64,000 nucleotides of DNA from contig JAGYJG010000001.1 of NCBI GenBank assembly GCA_018402155.1, positions 506,198-570,197 on the forward strand. The letters run 5' to 3'. The position numbers and the translations under genes are program-made. Of the stretch, positions 9,646 to 19,016 are shown in pieces; position 1 is the first letter of the stretch; the number at the start of each line of letters is the position of its first letter. Source of the stretch: Bacteroidia bacterium (GTDB lineage: Bacteria > Bacteroidota > Bacteroidia > NS11-12g > UBA9320). The notes under the pieces are model-generated. The model had not been told where the DNA came from. It did no database searches and was given only the letters and a program-made list of their open reading frames with translations.

Positions 9646-10488
9646 TTAGTTTACTTTGAAGGTGAAATTTACGTAACCACAGCCACTTTGTGCGTTGGTC
9701 ACATTGGTGAATTTAAATTTGCGTAATGCTGCTGTGGCCCTCTGTACCAACTCTGGGTCGTTAGTCATGTTGATGTTTCTAAACTTAGCATTTTTGGTTA
9801 CAGATGTTACATTACCATTATTGTCGACACACACTTTTAAGCTTACAATCCCGTTTTTTTGTACGCCTCCTTCTGGTTTTACATAGTTTTTTATCTGAAA
9901 ACCGCCTATTCCTCCGTCTATTCCGGGGCCTATAGCAGGACCACTTCCTGTGCCGTCACCCATATTTCCGCTTCCTCCGGTACCCTCTGGATTACCATTT
10001 GGCTTTCCGTCTTTAGTGCCCGTATACCCAACTTTTTCACTATCTTTTCCACTTCCGCCACCTGCTTTGTCCTTGCCAAAAAGGCTTCTCTCATTTGGCT
10101 TACGTTCTAAGGGTTTCGTATTCTCCGGTTGCTTCTGTTCCGACGGTTTATCAACAGGTTTTGTGGGTTGCTTCGTTGGCTTGGGGCTAGGTTTATTTTG
10201 TTTTACCTCTGGCGCCTCGTCTATATTGCTGGTCAGTTGATTTTCTGGGGTGTATTCTTCCTCTAGAGGTGGGGTATATTTTTCTTGTTGTTGGGCTGCA
10301 CTGTTATCAGGTCCTCCCTGGTCTGGTTGTCCTAAGCTTACTGTAACTCCACCACTAGGTTCTATGTCTGCCTGGGATGTGTTCCAAGCAAATATTGATA
10401 GTAGTACCAATAAAAGAAGTAGCAACGAAAAGAACGTTACTGTTCCTATCAATGCTTTTTTGTCTTCTTCTCGGTGTATGTCTATCAT
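9646..10488 (-). CDS. tonB: energy transducer TonB
   Basis: 280 aa. N-terminal TM, Pro/Lys-rich and Gly-rich spacer, C-terminal TonB domain. Immediately downstream of exbB-exbD. Confidence 0.75.
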   Translation of the reverse strand: MIDIHREEDKKALIGTVTFFSLLLLLLVLLSIFAWNTSQADIEPSGGVTVSLGQPDQGGPDNSAAQQQEKYTPPLEEEYTPENQLTSNIDEAPEVKQNKPSPKPTKQPTKPVDKPSEQKQPENTKPLERKPNERSLFGKDKAGGGSGKDSEKVGYTGTKDGKPNGNPEGTGGSGNMGDGTGSGPAIGPGIDGGIGGFQIKNYVKPEGGVQKNGIVSLKVCVDNNGNVTSVTKNAKFRNINMTNDPELVQRATAALRKFKFTNVTNAQSGCGYVNFTFKVN

Positions 10489-10502
10489 CTTATTGTACTT
10501 CT

Positions 10503-10901
10503 TTATTTAGATCCGTCGAGAGCCAAAACTACCTTAGCTCCAAGCTTATCTGCAATCATGACAACATTCATGACATCTTCATAACGTATATTTTTGTCTC
10601 CTCGCACACTTACTGTTGCTTGTGGTGCGTCCTTTAGTACCAATTGAAGGTCAGATGGTAAACGCTCTTGGGTGGTTTTTTTATCGTCTATTGCAAAATT
10701 GAGGTTTTTATCTACCGATACGATGATAACTTTATTTACAGGATTTACATTGTTTACACCCTTAGGTAATACAAGCTTTAATGCGGGATCTTTTACTACA
10801 GAGCTAATTATGATAAAGAAAATAAGCAACAGAAATACAATATCCGTCATGCTTGAGGCATTGAATTCTGTGTTTATCTTGCTATTTTTTCGGAGGTTCA
10901 T
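10503..10901 (-). CDS. exbD: biopolymer transporter ExbD/TolR
   Basis: 132 aa. Single N-terminal TM (DIVFLLLIFFII), ExbD fold. Confidence 0.8.
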   Translation of the reverse strand: MNLRKNSKINTEFNASSMTDIVFLLLIFFIIISSVVKDPALKLVLPKGVNNVNPVNKVIIVSVDKNLNFAIDDKKTTQERLPSDLQLVLKDAPQATVSVRGDKNIRYEDVMNVVMIADKLGAKVVLALDGSK

Positions 10902-10902
10902 A

Positions 10903-11595
10903 TTATGCTGGTTCGTGTAGTATATCCAAAAACTCTACTGATGTAGCCTCCATTTTGTAAACTACTTTATTTATCATACTGCTTAACAGATTGTAAGCGA
11001 TATAGGCAAAAATACCAACTACAAGTCCTGCTACTGTAGTCATCATCGCTTCTCCTATACCGCCGCTGAGTAAATCAGCGGTAATCTGCTGTCCGCTATC
11101 CTGCATTTGGTTGAATGTACGTATCATGCCTGTTACAGTTCCCAAGAAGCCAAGCATAGGCGCAGCTCCTGAAATGGTAGCTAACATAACCATTCCTTTT
11201 TCTAGTTTGTATACCTCTAGTTTACCTACATTTTCTACAGCCACACTAATGTCCTTAAGCGGTTTGCCTATACGAGAGAGTCCTTTTTCTACCATAAGCC
11301 CTATAGGGGTACCTTTTTCGTGGCATAGTCGCTGCGCAGATTTTATATCTCCATCTAGAACCATTCCTTTTATTCCACCCATAAACTGTGAGTCTAAAAT
11401 ACCCGCTTTTTTAATAGTAAAATAGCGTTCAAAGGTTAGATAGACCGCTATCACAAATAAAATTGCTATAGGTATCATTACAATACCTCCTTTGTACAAA
11501 AGACTTAGTGCGTCTAATGCTCCACCACCAATGGGTGCTGTTGCTGTATCTGATACGGCGCTTCCGCCCTCTACAAATTGAAGTAGTATGCTCAT
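10903..11595 (-). CDS. exbB: MotA/TolQ/ExbB proton channel
   Basis: 230 aa, three TMs, 'AAPMLGFLGTVTGMIRTF' conserved TolQ/ExbB motif. Confidence 0.85.
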   Translation of the reverse strand: MSILLQFVEGGSAVSDTATAPIGGGALDALSLLYKGGIVMIPIAILFVIAVYLTFERYFTIKKAGILDSQFMGGIKGMVLDGDIKSAQRLCHEKGTPIGLMVEKGLSRIGKPLKDISVAVENVGKLEVYKLEKGMVMLATISGAAPMLGFLGTVTGMIRTFNQMQDSGQQITADLLSGGIGEAMMTTVAGLVVGIFAYIAYNLLSSMINKVVYKMEATSVEFLDILHEPA

Positions 11596-11596
11596 A

Positions 11597-12643
11597 TTAT
11601 TTCTGTCTTATAACTAATTTTTGCTCCATTATATTTTGTAGGAGATTTTTATATTCTTGGGCCAGCTCTTGGCTGCTAAAAGATATTACGAAAACGCTAG
11701 TGTTTTTTTCTGATTCGGTATCTATAGTAGCATTCTCATACTTATGTCTCAATAGGTTAACGAGTTGTATCGCCTCCTCACCATTTCTAGTTTCTGCAAA
11801 AATACCAAAACTTGTTTCGCTGGCTTGCTCTAGTGTGGTTGCAGTTATTGGATTTTCTAATAGTAGTGAAGCTATTTCTTGATCTACATAAAGTTGGCTA
11901 GTTTGGTTTTTTTCAAATTGAAATAAGGCGAATGTCATTCCTAGTAGAAAGAATATTCCCAAAGTATTTACAATGGCTAGTACAGATATTTTGGATTTTT
12001 TATTTCCTTTTTTTTCGTGTTTTACTCGTTTATTTTCTTGCAGTTGTTCGGTGCGTTTTTTTGTTTTTGCAGCGGCCAAGGTTATGTCAACTTCTTTGAT
12101 TTTTGTTAAAGTCTGTTCAGCTCCGGTATTCGTTTTTTTGCTATTGTCTGCTGGCGCATATAATGTCTGATTACGCGTGCCTCCTTCTTCATGAGGCTCT
12201 AAAATTACAGCGGTTTCAGTTTTAGGTACTAAGGGTTTGATTTTAAGTTTGGGTAGGCCGTACGTAGATATATCAAAATTGACTGAAAGATGGGGTACAA
12301 ATACCAATTTGTTTTCTTGGGTATAGTAGAAGGTACCAATTTCTACTATTTCTACATTTCGTTTTATTTTTAGTGTGTCCCAAAGAGATTGTGTGAAGGC
12401 ATTTATTTTTTCGATACCTTGCTCGTAAGTGCATTTATGAACTGTACTAATATAGTTGGCTACTAATCCATCGTTGTTTATTATTTGTCTGTTAAAGGTA
12501 ACGGTGCGTTTTTTGGGCAATACATACTTTGCTATTTCATTATGCTCTGCAGGTTTTTCGTGCAATAAAAAGGCACCGAAACCAGGTAGTATAACGCAGT
12601 TGTGTTTATACAGTAAGAATGATATTTCTTTTGCCAAATTCAT
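11597..12643 (-). CDS. HU-like (HU-CCDC81) N-terminal domain / SPOR C-terminal domain protein
   Basis: 348 aa. N-terminal 'LPGFGAF' HU-CCDC81-type fold, central K/E-rich linker and TM, C-terminal SPOR-like peptidoglycan-binding domain. Confidence 0.5.
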   Translation of the reverse strand: MNLAKEISFLLYKHNCVILPGFGAFLLHEKPAEHNEIAKYVLPKKRTVTFNRQIINNDGLVANYISTVHKCTYEQGIEKINAFTQSLWDTLKIKRNVEIVEIGTFYYTQENKLVFVPHLSVNFDISTYGLPKLKIKPLVPKTETAVILEPHEEGGTRNQTLYAPADNSKKTNTGAEQTLTKIKEVDITLAAAKTKKRTEQLQENKRVKHEKKGNKKSKISVLAIVNTLGIFFLLGMTFALFQFEKNQTSQLYVDQEIASLLLENPITATTLEQASETSFGIFAETRNGEEAIQLVNLLRHKYENATIDTESEKNTSVFVISFSSQELAQEYKNLLQNIMEQKLVIRQK

Positions 12644-12691
12644 TTGTCTGCAATATTACTAAAATAAGCACTTAATACATCGCAATTTCCA

Positions 12692-14335
12692 TTAAAGTGA
12701 AAAGGTAATCCCTGCTAATACATTTAGTCCCTGTGCCCGGTAGTTGTTCCATATTTCGTAGCGTTGGTTTAGTATGTTATTTATTTTTATAAATCCGCTT
12801 ATATTCTCTTTATAGCGATATTCTGCACCAATGTTTATATCATTGATAGCTGCTAGTGTACTCACATTATTTGCCAAATCTCTTGCTTTTCTTGTACTTG
12901 TGGCGAAGTATCCACCGTTTAAGTAGATTTTTTCTGCTAGGCGAATGTTCGCGAACAGCGCGGCGTCATAGGTAGGCATATGCCAAGCTTCTAGCTCCGT
13001 ATCCAAACTGTAGGTATAAAAATTTCCTCTAAATCCAATGTCAAGATTTTGACTTACTTTAAACTTTAGTTCACTAGAAAACGTAAATTTATTCATGTCA
13101 TCCTCTACGGTTGTGAAATTTCTCAGAGAGTTTGTATCATTTACAAAAAAGTATTGATTTTGAATGATTTCCGGCTGAATCTTTATACCGTATTCCAAAA
13201 ATTGTTTGAAACGTCCATTCATACCAAAAAATAATTGCCAAACATACGGATTAGAATACTCCAGATTGTTACCCAAAAATAGATTTTCGTAACTGATGCT
13301 TCGTAACGTATTTTTTTGCAGGTTACCAAGCACACCTGCATATGCCCTAAGTTTGTCTGGCACTAGGTAGGTTTCAACTTTGATATATGGTGCTGGCAGG
13401 AGTTCAGTTCTGCTAGAGTCTATTTCTGCTATATAGTTGATATTTATACCTAGATCAAAGCTGTATTTTTTATGTTCAAACTGGTAGTGAGGAAGTATGT
13501 CAATAAATAGGCGTGTGTAGTCGGCAGTTTCAGTGAGTTGGGTAAAGGTAGCCCCAAGGTCTAGAAGTGCGTGTCCCTTATTTACTTTTAGCTTAGTGGT
13601 GTTGAGCATTTGTATAGTGGTTTCGTTTTCACCCAATTTGTCAAAAAGATTAAATCCAAGATCGAAATCATTATTTAGTCGTCTTTTATTGACAGACCAA
13701 AGTGCTTTTGCGTTTACGTCATTATAGATTTGATTGATATCAACAAGCTCTTTTGGGCTTTCTAGTTCGTCTGAGTAGCCGTAATAGTGTACTACATTTC
13801 TAGCATAATCTATTTCGCCATAGAAATCATTTCCTTTTTCTCTAAGTCCATATGCTTTTACCCTATTTTGGCTAAACAGACCTTGGTTTGGATTATTAGA
13901 AGCACTAGCAGCGTGATGTTTCACCTGTAATCCGTAGGTATAATATTTGTCTTGAGTATTGTGAATGCTGGCATCTAGGTAGGAGGTAAGGTAGTTTCCA
14001 CCACCTATTTCTAGGTAGTTATCAAAAAGATCTACAGCGGGTTCTGGTTTAATGAAAACAGGGTCAATAGGAGAAAAAACTGACTTTGGCTTATAAGCTA
14101 CAAGTGGAAAAATATAGGTATAAATAGGTGCTTTTACTTTGGGTTCATCTAAGGTGGGTTGGATATCTATTTTTTTTGATTCAGCCACATCAGGTTGATA
14201 TTTCGTATTTATAGTAACATCGGCAAGAGTAGAATCTTGTCCATTGTTTTGAGCTACAGCTACAATAGCCACGAGCAATGCGAGCAAAGTATATAGATAT
14301 TTCAATGTAATATTTTTAGTATGTAAATTAGACAA
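12692..14335 (-). CDS. putative outer-membrane beta-barrel (porin-like) protein
   Basis: 547 aa. Cleavable signal peptide (...AIVAVAQ). Long alternating aromatic/polar stretches rich in Y/N/G, ending ...GITFSL, consistent with an OM beta-barrel. No specific family recognised. Confidence 0.4.
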   Translation of the reverse strand: MSNLHTKNITLKYLYTLLALLVAIVAVAQNNGQDSTLADVTINTKYQPDVAESKKIDIQPTLDEPKVKAPIYTYIFPLVAYKPKSVFSPIDPVFIKPEPAVDLFDNYLEIGGGNYLTSYLDASIHNTQDKYYTYGLQVKHHAASASNNPNQGLFSQNRVKAYGLREKGNDFYGEIDYARNVVHYYGYSDELESPKELVDINQIYNDVNAKALWSVNKRRLNNDFDLGFNLFDKLGENETTIQMLNTTKLKVNKGHALLDLGATFTQLTETADYTRLFIDILPHYQFEHKKYSFDLGININYIAEIDSSRTELLPAPYIKVETYLVPDKLRAYAGVLGNLQKNTLRSISYENLFLGNNLEYSNPYVWQLFFGMNGRFKQFLEYGIKIQPEIIQNQYFFVNDTNSLRNFTTVEDDMNKFTFSSELKFKVSQNLDIGFRGNFYTYSLDTELEAWHMPTYDAALFANIRLAEKIYLNGGYFATSTRKARDLANNVSTLAAINDINIGAEYRYKENISGFIKINNILNQRYEIWNNYRAQGLNVLAGITFSL

Positions 14336-14404
14336 CGAATTTACACGTAGTGTAGTACATCAAAACAGGGTATTTACTTTTTATATCAACACCTTTTCCA
14401 ATAG

Positions 14405-14435
14405 TTGTCAAGTAAATAGGTTTAGGCTATATTTG
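14405..14435 (+). promoter_or_regulatory. Bacteroidetes sigma-A type promoter for recA (-33 TTG, about 20-nt spacer, -7 TATATTTG)
   Basis: TTG at ~14405-14407 and TATATTTG at ~14428-14435, about 25 nt upstream of the recA ATG. Matches the Bacteroidetes TTG-N19/20-TAnnTTTG consensus. Confidence 0.4.
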
Positions 14436-14459
14436 GCAAAAATAGTTTAGATAAAAATA

Positions 14460-15491
14460 ATGTCAAAGAACGAAAACGCGGATAAGTTGAAAGCCCTAAA
14501 AATGACCATCGATAAGCTCGAGAAGTCTTACGGTAAAGGGGTAGTAATGAGAATGGACGATGAAAGCATTGTGAAGGTTGATGCTATTTCTACTGGCTCT
14601 CTTGGTCTAGATATAGGTCTAGGAGTAGGCGGTTTTCCAAAAGGTAGAGTCATAGAAATTTATGGTCCAGAGTCTTCTGGTAAAACCACATTGGCCATGC
14701 ACTGTATAGCAGAGGCCCAAAAAAAAGGAGGTATTTGCGCGTTTATAGACGCTGAGCACGCTTTTGATAAATTTTATGGAGAAAAAATAGGTATAGATAC
14801 TAATGAGCTACTCATTTCTCAGCCCGATGACGGTGAGCAAGCTCTAGAAATAGCGGATAATTTAATACGCTCGGGAGCCATTGATGTAATAGTTATAGAC
14901 TCTGTAGCAGCTCTTGTGCCACGGGCAGAGCTAGAAGGCGATATGGGTGATTCTAAAATGGGGCTTCACGCTAGATTAATGTCGCAAGCGCTGAGAAAAC
15001 TCACCGGTACTATTAATAAAACAGGCTGTATCTGCATATTCATAAACCAACTTAGAGAAAAAATTGGAGTGATGTTTGGAAATCCTGAAACAACCACTGG
15101 TGGTAATGCACTTAAATTTTATGCCTCGGTAAGATTAGATATACGTAGAATAGGTAGTATAAAAGATGGGGTAGACATAGTAGGGAATAGGGTGAAAGTG
15201 AAAGTAGCCAAAAATAAAGTAGCACCACCGTTTAGGGTAGTTGAGTTTGATATTATGTACGGACAAGGAATTTCCAAGGTAGGTGAGGTCATAGATCTAG
15301 GCGTAGAAAATAATGTAATACAAAAAAGTGGAAGTTGGTTTAGCTATGGGGAGACCCGCCTTGGACAGGGCCGAGACGCTGTAAAACAGATATTGCTAGA
15401 TAACCCAGAAATGATGGACGAAATGGAGGCCAAAATATTTGAAATCATCAATGGAGTTGAACTAGCTTCAGAAAATACCATATTAGAGTAA
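14460..15491 (+). CDS. recA: recombinase RecA
   Basis: 343 aa. 'GPESSGKTT' Walker A, '[14 protein letters not shown]'. Full-length match to RecA. Confidence 0.95.
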   Translation: MSKNENADKLKALKMTIDKLEKSYGKGVVMRMDDESIVKVDAISTGSLGLDIGLGVGGFPKGRVIEIYGPESSGKTTLAMHCIAEAQKKGGICAFIDAEHAFDKFYGEKIGIDTNELLISQPDDGEQALEIADNLIRSGAIDVIVIDSVAALVPRAELEGDMGDSKMGLHARLMSQALRKLTGTINKTGCICIFINQLREKIGVMFGNPETTTGGNALKFYASVRLDIRRIGSIKDGVDIVGNRVKVKVAKNKVAPPFRVVEFDIMYGQGISKVGEVIDLGVENNVIQKSGSWFSYGETRLGQGRDAVKQILLDNPEMMDEMEAKIFEIINGVELASENTILE

Positions 15492-15520
15492 GTTTCTGAT
15501 TAGGTTTCTTTTTACTTACC

Positions 15521-15568
15521 AAAACAAAAACAGGCTCTTTGCTTGCACAATAGGGCTGTTTTTGTTTG
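15521..15568 (+). terminator. intrinsic terminator downstream of recA
   Basis: Inverted repeat AACAAAAACAG ... CTGTTTTTGTT flanking a GC-containing core, followed by T-rich sequence, 30 nt after the recA stop. Confidence 0.45.
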
Positions 15569-15996
15569 AATTTGGAGAAAGTCACTATTTCGTATTCTTT
15601 TGGTAGGGGATCGTCCGTTAGCGAAACTAAACCAAAACTAAGCTGCAGTTAATCTAGAAATAACCATCCAAAATGCTCTAGTGGTGCAAAACTCAGCAAG
15701 TTAGAAACATCCATTGCTTCTGCATATAAACTAAACTAGTTAGTGTTGCTTACATCTGCAAACACAATTTAATACAATTACCTTATTTTTGAATTGGATA
15801 GCACTAAAAACACGGCAGTAGATTGAGGCTTACACCCAAGATTTTGACTGTATATGATTTATTAGCGGATCGGAGCGTTGCAAGTTGTATAAAATATTCG
15901 GTAGTTAAAGGCAACCCGACGCACCAAAAACATTGTATTGTGGTCATTAATACAGTATTGAGAAATTATTTACTTCTGTGATTGAGAGTCAATTTG

Positions 15997-16380
15997 TCAT
16001 CGTTTCCCCTTGTAGTCTCCTTTGTACTTGCGGTAGGGTGCCGCTATATACATCATAAGTAACCGGCTCATTCTGAAACTAATAGGTGAGGTAAACAAGG
16101 TGAAAGAGATAACAGCTCCTATGTACCATCCTAGGCTATAATCTACAAAATATGAGAAATAGAAAAAACCGATGATAATAAATGAGGCTACACTATATGC
16201 GTAGCTAAAATACATAGCTCCCCAAAAAAAACCAGGTTCACTCTCAAATTTCACTTCACATGATGGGCATTTTCCGTGCATATCCCTAAAATGCTTGAGA
16301 TTGGTTACTGAGTGAGTAAACACTTTACCATCTCTGCACTGTGGGCATTTTCCTCGAAAAAAAGCGGTAAGACTTGACAA
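15997..16380 (-). CDS. DUF983-like membrane protein (N-terminal CxxC...CxxC zinc-ribbon plus two TM helices)
   Basis: 127 aa. 'CPQCRDGKVF...CPSCEVKF' followed by two hydrophobic helices. Last gene of the cox-associated operon. Confidence 0.5.
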   Translation of the reverse strand: MSSLTAFFRGKCPQCRDGKVFTHSVTNLKHFRDMHGKCPSCEVKFESEPGFFWGAMYFSYAYSVASFIIIGFFYFSYFVDYSLGWYIGAVISFTLFTSPISFRMSRLLMMYIAAPYRKYKGDYKGKR

Positions 16381-16388
16381 ATCAGTAG

Positions 16389-16619
16389 TTAGCTGTTATT
16401 TTTTTTCTTGTAGTACCATGCGCCTCCGATAGCTGCAATAGCTAAATATGGTGTAGCGAGCAAGTATAGTATACCGTCATTTAGTCCTTTTCCTTTGGTG
16501 TGTCCTTTTTCCATGCCACTTTCTACAGCAGTTTTACACATAGGACATTGTGCCATAGTCGATATACTGAAAAGATTTATACCAGCTATTAAGAAAAAAA
16601 TAATTAATCCCTTTTTCAT
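16389..16619 (-). CDS. small exported membrane-anchored peptide with a CPMC / Met / His motif
   Basis: 76 aa. Signal peptide (MKKGLIIFFLIAGINLFSISTMA), a ~25-aa exposed segment QCPMCKTAVESGMEKGHTKG, and a C-terminal TM with basic tail. 8-nt gap to DUF983, 16-nt gap to the FkbM gene. Confidence 0.45.
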   Translation of the reverse strand: MKKGLIIFFLIAGINLFSISTMAQCPMCKTAVESGMEKGHTKGKGLNDGILYLLATPYLAIAAIGGAWYYKKKNNS

Positions 16620-16635
16620 ACTTGCAAAGATATAC

Positions 16636-17361
16636 TTAACTAGGTATAAAGAAGAAGTTTTGAATGTGACTGGGGTTACTTTGTATTGCTTCTAACTTGC
16701 CTTTTTGCAAAACCATAGGGATGTACTTTAATGATTGCAAGTAATCAAAGCAATCAAGTCTATTTTGGTTGTTCCAAAGCTCACAATAGATAATTGGTTT
16801 GCATCTTTTCAGTAGTTGTTCTGCGCCTTTAAATACCTCATATTCAAAATTTTCTACATCTATTTTTATTGCATCTATTTGTTTACCTTTTAGTTCTTCT
16901 TGGTCATCCAGTTTTTTGCACTGCGAGGTATATAGGCTTCCATCATTGTATTCGGTCATTTTGTGATCTACTACATGAGATAATCCTTGTTTTTTTACGC
17001 CGTTTACTATAGGTAATATCAGTTGAATTTCCTTGTTTTCATTGCCTAATGCGTTTGTTATTAGGGTTAGATTATCTAAATGGTAGCGTTTTTTTACTTT
17101 GCGTATCACCTCATAGTTGTTAGGCATAGGCTCAAAAGCAATAGTTTCCTTGCTTTGTTTGGCCAAGTAGTAACTCATCAGGCCCAGGTTTGCTCCTATG
17201 TCTAGTGTGGTAGCATTCTCTTTAATCAAACTCAAAAAATGGAAAAAATCATTTTCATTGGTATCGCCACGCAGTGTCTTAAGTTTGTACAATGTAAAGT
17301 ACCACAAATACCTGTCATATCCTAAAAGTTGTTGTAATATACGCTGAATTGCAGCCTTCAC
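16636..17361 (-). CDS. FkbM-family SAM-dependent methyltransferase
   Basis: 241 aa. 'LDIGANLGLMSYYLAK' SAM-binding motif I, typical of the FkbM family. Confidence 0.7.
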   Translation of the reverse strand: MKAAIQRILQQLLGYDRYLWYFTLYKLKTLRGDTNENDFFHFLSLIKENATTLDIGANLGLMSYYLAKQSKETIAFEPMPNNYEVIRKVKKRYHLDNLTLITNALGNENKEIQLILPIVNGVKKQGLSHVVDHKMTEYNDGSLYTSQCKKLDDQEELKGKQIDAIKIDVENFEYEVFKGAEQLLKRCKPIIYCELWNNQNRLDCFDYLQSLKYIPMVLQKGKLEAIQSNPSHIQNFFFIPS

Positions 17362-17371
17362 TCTCTAACAA

Positions 17372-17914
17372 TTAAAACGAGTAATATGGCGAAATCATGA
17401 CATAGACCAATACCCCTGTAACTGCTACATAAAGCCAAATAGGAAAGGTAAATCGTACAATTTTTCGATGCTTGGCTATTTTTTGGTTTAATGCGTACCA
17501 AAAAGACAACAGAATCATGGGGAGTACAATGGCAGCAAGCACAATGTGAGTTATGAGTATGATATAGTACGCATAGCGCATTATGCCTGTCCCACCATAG
17601 GTTGTTTCGGGTACAAAAAAGTGGTATACGACATAACTGATAAGAAATAGTGCCGATAGACCAAAGGCTGTAAGGTTGAGTGCTTTGTGTGTATCTATTT
17701 TTTTAGCTTTTATAGCGCGCAAGGACAGCACCAAAAGTATAGCGCACGTACCGTTGATAATAGCGTGTAGCAGAGGTAGTTTGTATATAAAATCAGGAAA
17801 ATCTGAAGGAGGGTTTAGAACGCGCTTGTTGAGCAATACGACCAATAGAAATACAACAATGCCAACGATCATAGCTATTCTAAAAAATGCTTTATCACTT
17901 ATTTTATTCATCAT
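17372..17914 (-). CDS. DUF420 family membrane protein (cytochrome oxidase-associated)
   Basis: 180 aa, four TMs. DUF420-like size, topology and position directly after the SCO gene. Confidence 0.55.
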   Translation of the reverse strand: MMNKISDKAFFRIAMIVGIVVFLLVVLLNKRVLNPPSDFPDFIYKLPLLHAIINGTCAILLVLSLRAIKAKKIDTHKALNLTAFGLSALFLISYVVYHFFVPETTYGGTGIMRYAYYIILITHIVLAAIVLPMILLSFWYALNQKIAKHRKIVRFTFPIWLYVAVTGVLVYVMISPYYSF

Positions 17915-18575
17915 CTTTTGCTTCTAAATCTTTATAGGTTTTCAGAAGGAAACGAGCATCTTGTATCATTTCCATTATTTCTGTAATATTGAGTCCATCG
18001 TATATACCACGCACTCTAAAGTCTTTGTCTACCAGCATTACTTTCTCACTATGTATAAAATCATTTGTATCTGGCACTTCTTGTATTACTGCTTTATAGC
18101 TATCTCTGGCAAGATGATAGATTGTACTTTTTTTTCCGGTCAGAAATTTCCATTGTTTATCATTTATTTCAAACTTGTCTGCGTATGCTCTAAGCACATC
18201 TATGCTGTCGTTGTATGGATCTACTGTATGAGACAGAAAAAGTATATCAGTACTGTTTTCTAATTTTTGACTTGCTATTTTAAGGTGTCCATTGATGGTA
18301 GGACAGATATCTGGACATGAAGCGAAGAAGAAATTTGCAATAAAAACGCGGTCACCAATGCTGTCTCGTGTAAAATTAATTCCATTTTGATCGATCAAAG
18401 AAAACGAATCGATGGTATACGGAACCTCCTTACCCATTTCGTTAGTGGTATAGATGGGCAAATCGTTATATCCAAATTCTGACTTTTTGAGCAGTATACC
18501 AAACAATACTGGAAGGCCAAGAATGGCCAATATGACGGAGACTACGAGTATACGTCTGCCTGTAGATTGTTTCAT
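17904..18575 (-). CDS. SCO1/SenC family copper chaperone (thioredoxin fold)
   Basis: 223 aa. N-terminal TM, 'FFFASCPDICP' CxxxC copper-binding motif, conserved downstream His region. Confidence 0.85.
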   Translation of the reverse strand: MKQSTGRRILVVSVILAILGLPVLFGILLKKSEFGYNDLPIYTTNEMGKEVPYTIDSFSLIDQNGINFTRDSIGDRVFIANFFFASCPDICPTINGHLKIASQKLENSTDILFLSHTVDPYNDSIDVLRAYADKFEINDKQWKFLTGKKSTIYHLARDSYKAVIQEVPDTNDFIHSEKVMLVDKDFRVRGIYDGLNITEIMEMIQDARFLLKTYKDLEAKDDE

Positions 18576-18596
18576 ATATAAAAGAGGATAAAGTCT

Positions 18597-18953
18597 TTAA
18601 AAAGATCCCCAAAAATTACCCTCGTACATCATCCACACGAGAAAAAAAATAATAAAAAACATAGGCAATACAATCATAGAAGCTAAGCCAAGTTTTTCGT
18701 GTTTCATGTGCATAAATGTTCCGGTGATATAAATTGCCTTTACTACTCCAAGTGCAATAAAAATGATATTTCTTGCCATGGAGGGTTCCATTACGAAATA
18801 AAAGACAACGTCTATAATGGTAAGAACCAAAAGTATCCAGAATTTTTTCCAAATATCGGAGGTTCCGTGACTATGAACTTTAGGTACCCATACAGTTGGG
18901 TCATAATTTACTTCGTCGTGTATATCAACTTTTTGGTTTGAATGTGATGCCAT
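18597..18953 (-). CDS. cytochrome c oxidase subunit IV (caa3-type, bacterial CtaF/CoxD-like)
   Basis: 118 aa, three TMs. Position directly after the cox3 genes. Confidence 0.55.
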   Translation of the reverse strand: MASHSNQKVDIHDEVNYDPTVWVPKVHSHGTSDIWKKFWILLVLTIIDVVFYFVMEPSMARNIIFIALGVVKAIYITGTFMHMKHEKLGLASMIVLPMFFIIFFLVWMMYEGNFWGSF

Positions 18954-19016
18954 ATTTTACGTAATGATTAAATAATAAATAGTGTATTATGGTTAGAATA
19001 TTAGAAATTATCAAAG

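Noticed and set aside
9695-10240. Cluster of 63-96-aa plus-strand ORFs (Pro/Gly/Ser-rich) antisense to tonB
   Set aside because: They are the reverse-frame shadow of the Pro/Lys/Gly-rich TonB spacer and have no independent support. The same applies to the other antisense ORFs inside clear genes (e.g. 2629-3012, 23203-23415, 35732-36067, 56636-57085).
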